From Macrostomum lignano (lineage: Eukaryota), in NCBI GenBank assembly GCA_002269645.1, contig NIVC01001983.1:172654-216275 (forward strand): a stretch of DNA of 43,622 nt, read 5' to 3'. The notes beneath the pieces were generated by a model, which did no database searches, was not told the DNA's origin, and saw nothing but the letters and a program-made list of their open reading frames with translations. Of the stretch, positions 34,701 through 43,622 are shown piece by piece (within the stretch, counting starts at the first letter, position 1; every line of letters begins with the position of its first letter). A program made the position numbers and the translations under genes.

Positions 34701-36195
34701 TCGGCCTGTTTGATGAAGAGGTTATAGCGGCTCTCAAGTCCTCTCTTTCTGTGTTTGAGTGAAAATGCTGAGCTGGGTCAGACTCAGCTCATTCTGAATG
34801 CATGATGGACTCACGTGCTGGGACACACAGAGACAGTTAGAGAAGGAATCGGCCTGTTTGATGAAGAGGTTATAGCGGCTCTCAAGTCCTCTCTTTCTGT
34901 GTTTGAGTGAAAATGCTGAGCTGGGTCAGACTCAGCTCATTCTGAATGCATGATGGACTCACGTGCTGGGACACACAGAGACAGTTAGAGAAGGGATCGG
35001 CCTGTTTGATGAAGAGGTTATAGCGGCTCTCAAGTCCTCTCTTTCTGTGTTTGAGTGAAAATGCTGAGCTGGGTCAGACTCAGCTCATTCTGAATGCATT
35101 ATGGACTCACGTGCTGGGACACACAGAGACAGTTAGAGAAGGGATCGGCCTGTTTGATGAAGAGATTATAGCGGCTCTCAAGTCCTCTCTTTCTGTGATT
35201 GAGTGAAAATGCTGAGCTGGGTCAGACTCAGCTCATTCTGAATGCATTATGGACTCACGTGCTGGGACACACAGAGACAGTTAGAGAAGGGATCGGCCTG
35301 TTTGATGAAGAGATTATAGCGGCTCTCAAGTCCTCTCTTTCTGTGATTGAGTGAAAATGCTGAGCTGGGTCAGACTCAGCTCATTCTGAATGCATTATGG
35401 ACTCACGTGCTGGGACACACAGAGACAGTTAGAGAAGGAATCGGCCTGTTTGATGAAGAGGTTATAGCGGCTCTCAAGTCCTCTCTTTCTGTGTTTGAGT
35501 GAAAATGCTGAGCTGGGTCAGACTCAGCTCATTCTGAATGCATGATGGACTCACGTGCTGGGACACACAGAGACAGTTAGAGAAGGAATCGGCCTGTTTG
35601 ATGAAGAGGTTATAGCGGCTCTCAAGTCCTCTCTTTCTGTGTTTGAGTGAAAATGCTGAGCTGGGTCAGACTCAGCTCATTCTGAATGCATGATGGACTC
35701 ACGTGCTGGGACACACAGAGACAGTTAGAGAAGGGATCGGCCTGTTTGATGAAGAGGTTATAGCGGCTCTCAAGTCCTCTCTTTCTGTGTTTGAGTGAAA
35801 ATGCTGAGCTGGGTCAGACTCAGCTCATTCTGAATGCATTATGGACTCACGTGCTGGGACACACAGAGACAGTTAGAGAAGGGATCGGCCTGTTTGATGA
35901 AGAGATTATAGCGGCTCTCAAGTCCTCTCTTTCTGTGATTGAGTGAAAATGCTGAGCTGGGTCAGACTCAGCTCATTCTGAATGCATTATGGACTCACGT
36001 GCTGGGACACACAGAGACAGTTAGAGAAGGGATCGGCCTGTTTGATGAAGAGATTATAGCGGCTCTCAAGTCCTCTCTTTCTGTGATTGAGTGAAAATGC
36101 TGAGCTGGGTCAGACTCAGCTCATTCTGAATACATGATGGACTCACGTGCTGGGACACACAGAGACAGTTAGAGAAGGAATCGGCCTGTTTGATT
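31785..36195. repeat. 148-bp satellite array, about 30 monomers, with a 5-mer higher-order repeat
   Basis: GAGTGAAAAT recurs at 31797, 31945, 32093 and onward (period 148); monomers differ only at about 6 polymorphic sites. Confidence 0.97.
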
Positions 36196-36844
36196 TCTTC
36201 GTCTATAGCTTTAAGTTCCTTTTGTGTCTAGGGCCTAGTCAAATGACTGAAGGCTTAGTTTTGGTTTTATCTACAAACGATATTTTTAAAAAGAGTATAA
36301 TATGCTCCAAAATTGGTAGTGGGCCAACAAACGACAGGGGAACATCTCGGCGGGGCTTTTCGCATTTTTACGTAGACCGATGTCAGAGTCATTTTAGTTT
36401 GTCATGGGCAACTCTGTTTCTATTTAGACCCTTGCCATACGCCGTACACCATCAACATTTGAGCCAAATTGAGCCGAGTTGTCTAGGTGCGAAAAATTGG
36501 TTGGGCAGACTGTTTACGATAAGGGCTGTCTATTAGTCCAGTTTTACAGCGAACAGAAATGAAAATTCGCAAGTCCGTAGGAAGGATTCGGTTCAAATTT
36601 AAGCACGATTTTTCCTACCAAACAGTCAATCGTATTGTGCAGAATCCATGGGCCATACTCTTATAGGGGTAATATGCAAATTGATCTGCATATCCTTATC
36701 TTTCTGTTAACTCTTGACTGTTGCGCAAACTTCGGTTCGTTTTCGCACTTTGAATCGACTCATGCACGTTCTAAGCATGCTAGCTAGACCAAACGAAATG
36801 TCAGAAACTTAATCTCGTATGGAAGCTCCTAGAAGTATGTATGG

Positions 36845-37305
36845 AAGATGGAGAGGAAGGGGCGATGGAGAAGAAGGGGCGGATAGAGAAGAAGGGCGGA
36901 TAGAGAGGAAGGGGCGGATGGAGAGGAAGGGGCGGATGGAGAGGAAGGGGCGGATGGAGAGGAAGGGGTGGATGGAGATGAAGGGGTGGATGGAGAGGAA
37001 GGGGCGAATGGAGAGGAAGGGGCGGATGGAGAGGAAGGGGCGGATGGAGAGGAAGGGCGGATGGAGAGGAAGGGGCGGATGGAGAGGAAGGGGCGGATGG
37101 AGAGGAAGGGGCGGATGGAGAGGAAGGGGCGGATGGAGAGGAAGGGGCGGATGGAGAGGAAGGGCGGATGAAGAGGAAGGGGCGGATGGAGAGGAAGGGG
37201 CGGATGGAGAGGAAGGGGCGGATGGAGAGGAAGGGGCGGATGGAGAGGAAGGGGCGGATGGAGAGGAAGGGGCGGATGGAGGGAAGGGGCGGATGGAGAG
37301 GATAG
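36845..37305. repeat. 18-bp purine-rich minisatellite (GGATGGAGAGGAAGGGGC)
   Basis: Direct reading; gives the RMERKG / EEGADG pseudo-ORFs. Confidence 0.93.
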
Positions 37306-38267
37306 TGGATAGGGAGAAAGGATCCGCTGTCTCTCCTAGTCTCAGTGTCTATCTATATGTAGCTATTCTGCACCTTCAGATTTACGCATCAAAATCCTTT
37401 GGCTGATCTAATATTTGGATCCAGAAAACTTTGAAAGGTGAGTGGGCGCATAATGAATGGTGCAGTTGGCAAAGGAAGTGAAGAGAGAGAAAGAAAGAGA
37501 AAGGAAAAAGATATAGTGAGATAGATGTGCCCAGAGTGAGAGATGGATAATGCCATTCCATATAGATCAGCATGTTCGTGCATCTAAAGTTAAAAACTGA
37601 ACGAAGAGGAAAAATAGGTCTTAAAAGAAAAGAACTTTAGGAACTTTTCTCGCGTTGTCATTGGTTAGCCTAGTTTATTGCTCAGCCATGAGGATTGGCT
37701 GTTCCTGGCTGCTTTTTTGGCGCAACCAATTAGCTATCATGAAATGTGTTCCCATAGGTCTTGAACCTTTGGCATTGGATCCAACGTCTCTTCCTGCGTT
37801 TCGCGATATATACAAGCTACATAAAATTTAAGACTGATTGCCCTTAATTACTTTAAACTTTCATTTTCAAAGCTCTTCAATAGCATCTGACATCTGCAAC
37901 ATCGTTTGGAGATCGTACAACCGGATATCTGCATCTTTCGTGAAACTTTTAAAATATTTTTTCTAATTATTGGCTTTTTATTCATATAGGCTTAGTCCAG
38001 GTCAATTAACATAATATCTCATTAGGTCTAACTTAGTTTTATTAGCTAATAAACTCAAATAGCAATTTAGGGTCTTATAAGTCTAGTGATATTGTAGTGA
38101 TCAAATCCATAATTCTAGCTGTGCTTCTAGCTGTTCTAGCTATTACTGTGTAGACTAGCGTATATACTTCGTATATAAACTAAATTTAGTCGAAGACTAG
38201 GCCGTATAGGTTTGTTTAGTAGTTCTTTAAGTTTTTTTACAAGGTCTAAATTAATAGAGAGACAGGT

Positions 38268-38627
38268 ATGGCAGCAATTAGAAGCAAGAAGGAGAGAGTC
38301 CAAGCCGCAGTGGACAGTGTAATTGAAAGAATTCGCACTGGCAAAGAGTGCAATTATCGAAAAATTGCTCAAGAATTTTCCGTACCTACCACCACCGTTT
38401 ATGACAGAGCTCGCAGGCTGATGAACGGGCTGAAGGTGACGGAAAAAAATACTGCCAAGCGGTATTTGACGCAGGCCGAGGAGCGAGTCTTCTGTGATGC
38501 AATCAAGCAGGCCGCTCGACAGCAGGTCCCCATCACGAGGAAGAAGCTGCTCGAAATGGCAAGTGAGACTGTCCGCAACATCGGCGTTTCGAATGAGGAG
38601 CGCTGCGGTTTGCGTGACGCCACCAAG
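38268..38627 (+). CDS. pogo-type transposase, exon 1 (HTH_psq-like plus CENP-B-type HTH DNA-binding region)
   Basis: MAAIRSKKERVQAAVDSV...NYRKIAQEFSVPTTTVYDR (psq-like HTH) and YLTQAEERVFCDAIKQAARQQVPITRKKLLEMA (second HTH). 360 nt, donor AAG|GTAGGC at 38628. Confidence 0.75.
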
Positions 38628-38704
38628 GTAGGCCAAATTTTAAAATAATAAGAAGCCTGCTTGGACTCAAACATATTTAACTGTTAATTCTCTATCAATC
38701 GCAT

Positions 38705-41700
38705 GTCTATCTCTGAATCAGCACCTGTCTATCACCTCTCTATCAGCCGCCCGTCTGTCTCCTCTCTATCAGCCGCCCGTCTGTCTCCTCTCTATCAGCC
38801 GCCCGTCTGTCTCCTCTCTATCCGCCGCCCGTCTGTCTCCTCTCTATCCGCCGCCCGTCTGTCTCCTCTCTATCCGCCGCCCATCTGTCTCCTCTCTATC
38901 AGCCGCCGGCGCCCGTCTGTCTCCTCTCTATCAGCCGCCCGTCTGTCTCCTCTCTATCAGCCGCCCGTCTGTCTCCTCTCTATCAGCCGCCCGTCTGTCT
39001 CCTCTCTATCAGCCGCCCGTCTGTCTCCTCTCTATCAGCCGCCCGTCTGTCTCCTCTCTATCAGCCGCCCGTCTGTCTCCTCTCTATCAGCCGCCCGTCT
39101 GTCTCCTCTCTATCAGCCGCCCGTCTGTCTCCTCTCTATCAGCTGCCCGTCTGTCTCCTCTCTATCAGCCGCCCGTCTGTCTCCTCTCTATCAGCCGCCC
39201 GTCTGTCTCCTCTCTATCAGCCGCCCGTCTGTCTCCTCTCTATCAGCCGCCCGTCTGTCTCCTCTCTATCAGCCGCCCGTCTGTCTCCTCTCTATCAGCC
39301 GCCCGTCTGTCTCCTCTCTATCAGCCGCCCGTCTGTCTCCTCTCTATCAGCCGCCCGTCTGTCTCCTCTCTATCAGCCGCCCGTCTGTCTCCTCTCTATC
39401 AGCTGCCCGTCTGTCTCCTCTCTATCAGCCGCCCGTCTGTCTCCTCTCTATCAGCCGCCCGTCTGTCTCCTCTCTATCAGCCGCCCGTCTGTCTCCTCTC
39501 TATCAGCCGCCCGTCTGTCTCCTCTCTATCCGCCGCCCGTCTGTCTCCTCTCTATCAGCCGCCCGTCTGTCTCCTCTCTATCAGCCGCCCGTCTGTCTCC
39601 TCTCTATCCGCCGCCCGTCTGTCTCCTCTCTATCAGCCGCCGCGCCCGTCTGTCTCCTCTCTATCAGCCGCCCGTCTGTCTCCTCTCTATCAGCCGCCCG
39701 TCTGTCTCCTCTCTATCAGCCGCCCGTCTGTCTCCTCTCTATCAGCCGCCGGCGCCCGTCTGTCTCCTCTCTATCAGCCGCCCGTCTGTCTCCTCTCTAT
39801 CAGCCGCCCGTCTGTCTCCTCTCTATCAGCCGCCCGTCTATCTCCTCTCTATCAGCCGCCCGTCTGTCTCCTCTCTATCAGCTGCCCGTCTGTCTCCTCT
39901 CTATCAGCCGCCCGTCTGTCTCCTCTCTATCAGCCGCCCGTCTGTCTCCTCTCTATCAGCCGCCCGTCTGTCTCCTCTCTATCAGCCGCCCGTCTGTCTC
40001 CTCTCTATCAGCCGCCCGTCTGTCTCCTCTCTATCAGCTGCCCGTCTGTCTCCTCTCTATCAGCCGCCCGTCTGTCTCCTCTCTATCAGCCGCCCGTTAA
40101 TCTCTGAATCAGCACCTGTCTATCACCTCTCTATCAGCCGCCCGTCTGTCTCCTCTCTATCGCCGCCCGTCTGTCTCCTCTCTATCCGCCGCCCGTCTGT
40201 CTCCTCTCTATCAGCCGCCGGCGCCCGTCTGTCTCCTCTCTATCAGCCGCCCGTCTGTCTCCTCTCTATCAGCCGCCCGTCTGTCTCCTCTCTATCAGCC
40301 GCCCGTCTGTCTCCTCTCTATCAGCCGCCCGTCTGTCTCCTCTCTATCAGCCGCCCGTCTGTCACCTCTCTATCAGCCGCCCGTCTGTCTCCTCTCTATC
40401 AGCCGCCCGTCTGTCTCCTCTCTATCAGCCGCCCGTCTGTCTCCTCTCTATCAGCCGCCCGTTAATCTCTGAATCAGCACCTGTCTATCACCTCTCTATC
40501 AGCCGCCCGTCTGTCTCCTCTCTATCAGCCGCCCGTCTGTCTCCTCTCTATCAGCCGCCCGTCTGTCTCCTCTCTATCAGCCGCCCGTCTGTCTCCTCTC
40601 TATCAGCCGCCCGTCTGTTCCCTCTCTATCAGCCGCCCGTCTGTCTCCTCTCTATCAGCCGCCCGTCTGTCTCCTCTCTATCAGCCGCCCGTTTATCTCT
40701 GAATCAGCACCTGTCTATCACCTCTCTATCAGCCGCCCGTCTGTCTCCTCTCTATCAGCCGCCCGTCTGTCTCCTCTCTATCAGCCGCCCGTCTGTCTCC
40801 TCTCTATCCGCCGCCCGTCTGTCTCCTCTCTATCAGCCGCCCGTCTGTCTCCTCTCTATCAGCCGCCCGTCTGTCTCCTCTCTATCAGCCGCCCGTCTGT
40901 CTCCTCTCTATCAGCCGCCCGTCTGTCTCCTCTCTATCAGCCGCCGTCTGTCTCCTCTCTATCAGCCGCCCGTCTGTCTCCTCTCTATCAGCCGCCCGTC
41001 TGTCTCCTCTCTATCAGCCGCCCGTCTGTCTCCTCTCTATCAGCCGCCCGTCTGTCTCCTCTCTATCAGCCGCCCGTTAATCTCTGAATCAGCACCTGTC
41101 TATCACCTCTCTATCAGCCGCCCGTCTGTCTCCTCTCTATCAGCCGCCCGTCTGTCTCTCTCTATCAGCCGCCCGTCTGTCTCCTCTCTATCCGCCGCCC
41201 GTCTGTCTCCTCTCTATCAGCCGCCCGTCTGTCTCCTCTCTATCAGCCGCCCGTCTGTCTCCTCTCTATCCGCCGCCCGTCTGTCTCCTCTCTATCAGCC
41301 GCCCGTCTGTCTCCTCTCTATCAGCCGCCCGTCTGTCTCCTCTATCAGCCGCCGTCTGTCTCCTCTCTATCAGCCGCCCGTCTGTCTCCTCTCTATCAGC
41401 CGCCCGTCTGTCTCTCTCTATCAGCCGCCCGTCTGTCTCCTCTCTATCAGCCGCCCGTTAATCTCTGAATCAGCACCTGTCTATCACCTCTCTATCAGCC
41501 GCCCGTCTGTCTCCTCTCTATCAGCCGCCGCCGTCTGCTCCTCTCTATCAGCCGCCCGTCTGTCTCCTCTCTATCCGCCGCCCGTCTGTCTCCTCTCTAT
41601 CAGCCGCCCGTCTGTCTCCTCTCTATCAGCCGCCCGTCTGTCTCCTCTCTATCAGCCGCCCGTCTGTCTCCTCTCTATCAGCCGCCCGTCTGTCTCCTCT

Positions 41701-41720
41701 CTATCAGCCGCCCGTTTATC
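38705..41720. repeat. 26-bp minisatellite (CAGCCGCCCGTCTGTCTCCTCTCTAT) filling the transposase intron
   Basis: More than 100 units; the header ATCTCTGAATCAGCACCTGTCTATCAC recurs 6 times. Source of the 465-aa pseudo-ORF. Confidence 0.95.
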
Positions 41721-41764
41721 TCCTCAATGTGATTATACGAGTATATATTCTACTTGCCTACCAG

Positions 41765-43054
41765 GTCAAGCCAGCCGACTGTCGAAGGGCTGGATTACCG
41801 GATTTCTGTTGCGCCATCCCGACATCGCTCAGCGAACGCCGCAGACGGTGAATCCTGCCCGGCGATCGTAACGGAGGGCCGCATTCGTGATTGGTTTCCG
41901 AGCTGGCCGACTTCGATGACGATGACCTTGTCGACGGCGCGCTGCAAGATCCGTCGCGAATTTTTAATTGTGACGAGATTGCAGTGCCGCAAGGATTGAA
42001 GTCTCACGCTGTTCTGGCAGAGAAAGGAATGGTAAACGTGGTGCAGAAGGTCCACGGCAGTGACCGGAAGCATACCACAGTTTTAATTTGTGTTCAATGC
42101 TCAGGTTCTCTATTGCCACCGCCGCTTTGTTTTTCCAGGAAAGACGCAGCCTCGAATGGATGGCTATCCCACTGATTGTCATTATTCTTTTTCACCCAAC
42201 GGGTGGATGACCACCACTGGTTTGAGGAATTTATTAAAAAACATTCATGCCCTATCTAGAACAAAAGCGAGTTCGCCGTCCTGTTGTCCTTTTCACAGAT
42301 TTACACGGCTCCAGATTTCGCTGGAGGTTCTGGAGTATCTGAGGCAGCAGAAGGTTGTGCTCTACGGGCTGGTGCCGAACGCAACGCACGTCATGCAGCC
42401 TCTGGACCTCGCTGTGTTTTCGTCCCGTCAAGATGGGATGGCGCGAGCTTCTCGCCGACAGGTCCCGAGTGCTGGCGATTGGAGACTGTCACCAGGCTGC
42501 GATTCGTGGAAATGCTCCGCGAGGTCCTGCAGAGCGGGCTACTCCGCAGAAATCATGGCTGGCTTCCGAAAAGTGGCATTTTTCCGCGAACCCTGATGCT
42601 CTAGCGTATGACAAGCTCTGCAAGCGGCAAGACCCGGCTCCTAAGCAGCAAGCAGCAGGTGAGAAGGATTGTGAATGCGTGCTAAAAGCAAGCAACACGC
42701 CGCCCACCTCTAGCCTCCCACAGAAAAAATTTAAATCAAAAAAGTGCCAAACAGCCTCAGGCTCTGTGGAGCGCTGCTTCGAGGATGTTCTTGGCACCGC
42801 TAAGCTTCACGACTTGCAAACGAAGCCAGCAACGACCGACAATGATCGCGTACTGGCAGCAGCTGCTGCTGCGCCTGACGCGGACAGGTGAACTGCCAAC
42901 AGATCAGTGACGAGCACGTGAGCTCCGACAGCAGAGCACTGACAGCGAGGACCAGATCGAGAGCAGCCCACTGCATCATCCTCTCTCGATGAGGATACCG
43001 TCGAGGCGGTTGAACCACAGAGTGAGGATTTGCTCGATGCAGAGAGACAGTCTG
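41765..43054 (+). pseudogene. pogo-type (DDE_1, DD35D) transposase, exon 2, with about 8 or more apparent frameshifts
   Basis: Acceptor CCTACCAG| at 41764. Stitching frames gives SKGWITGFLLRHPDIAQRTPQ, RIFNCDE (D1), FVFPGK, YSFSPNGWM, VVLFTDLHGS (D2), LVPNATHVMQPLDLAVF (D3), GFRKSGIFP. Donor GTGAGT at 43055 suggests further exons beyond the window. Confidence 0.8.
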
Positions 43055-43174
43055 GTGAGTAGTCGGTAAATTTTGAAAAGTAAACTCAAATTAACGTATA
43101 GTATACAAGTAAATTTCACGTAAAGACGTAAAAGATGTGACACTGTAAATTACATTGTACACTACTTTAAGACC

Positions 43175-43600
43175 ATCTTCCTAATTTTCTCTCCTCTCCT
43201 CTCTCCTCTCTCTCTCTCCCCTCCTTCTCTCGCTCTGCTCTCCTTCTCCCTCCTCTCCTTCTCCTCTCTCATCTTCCTTCTCTCCCTCTCCTCTCCCTTC
43301 TCTCCCTCCTCTCCTTCTCCCCTCCTCTCCTTCTCCCTCCTCTCCCTTCTCCCTCCTCTCCCTTCTCCCCTCCTCTCCCTTCTCCCTCTCCTCTCCTCTT
43401 CTCCTCCCTCTCTCCTTCTCCCCTCCTCTCCCTTCTCCTCTCTCCTCTTCCTTCTCCCTCCTCTTCCTTCTCCTCCTCTCCCTTCTCCCTCTTCGCTCCC
43501 TTCTCCCCTTCTCTCCATTCTCCCATCCTCTCCCTTCTCCCCTCCTCTCATCTTCCTTATTTCCCCTCTTCTCTCTCCCTTCTTTCTTTCTCATCTCCTG
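43175..43600. repeat. CT-rich low-complexity tract
   Basis: Pyrimidine-only simple sequence; source of the R/E/G-rich pseudo-ORFs. Confidence 0.92.
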
Positions 43601-43622
43601 TCTATGTTACACAGTCATGCGC

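Noticed and set aside
31785-41720. CRISPR-like appearance of regular arrays
   Set aside because: Units are head-to-tail with no unique spacers (the recurring header is identical each time), no cas genes, and a eukaryotic context.

Overview
Repeat-rich eukaryotic (invertebrate-like) genomic DNA, not prokaryotic: it has spliceosomal GT-AG introns and GC-rich exons in AT-rich spacers. The architecture resembles a Macrostomum-type flatworm, but that is inference only. Host genes: the first two exons of a mitochondrial-type acyl-CoA synthetase ACSS3 (minus, runs off the left edge), an intronless orphan type I membrane protein with three PY motifs (plus), a complete three-exon PP6 catalytic subunit PPP6C (minus) and an intronless methylmalonyl-CoA epimerase MCEE (minus). 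MCEE and PPP6C look like an operon-style pair: the first AATAAA of MCEE lies 87 nt from a strong splice acceptor that opens a 68-nt non-coding PPP6C exon. Three TIR elements have readable target-site duplications: a 1.9-kb hAT element filled with minisatellite, a 1.1-kb P-like element keeping only a spliced THAP-domain gene (KP-element-like) just upstream of ACSS3, and a 53-bp micro-element. There is also an intron-containing pogo-type DD35D transposase whose many frameshifts look like consensus errors, a SINE-like family (2 copies), about 15 unrelated micro/minisatellites (one private array in almost every intron) and a 148-bp satellite with a 5-mer higher-order repeat. Most long ORFs in the supplied track are artefacts of tandem repeats. 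No rRNA, intact tRNA or CRISPR array is supported.
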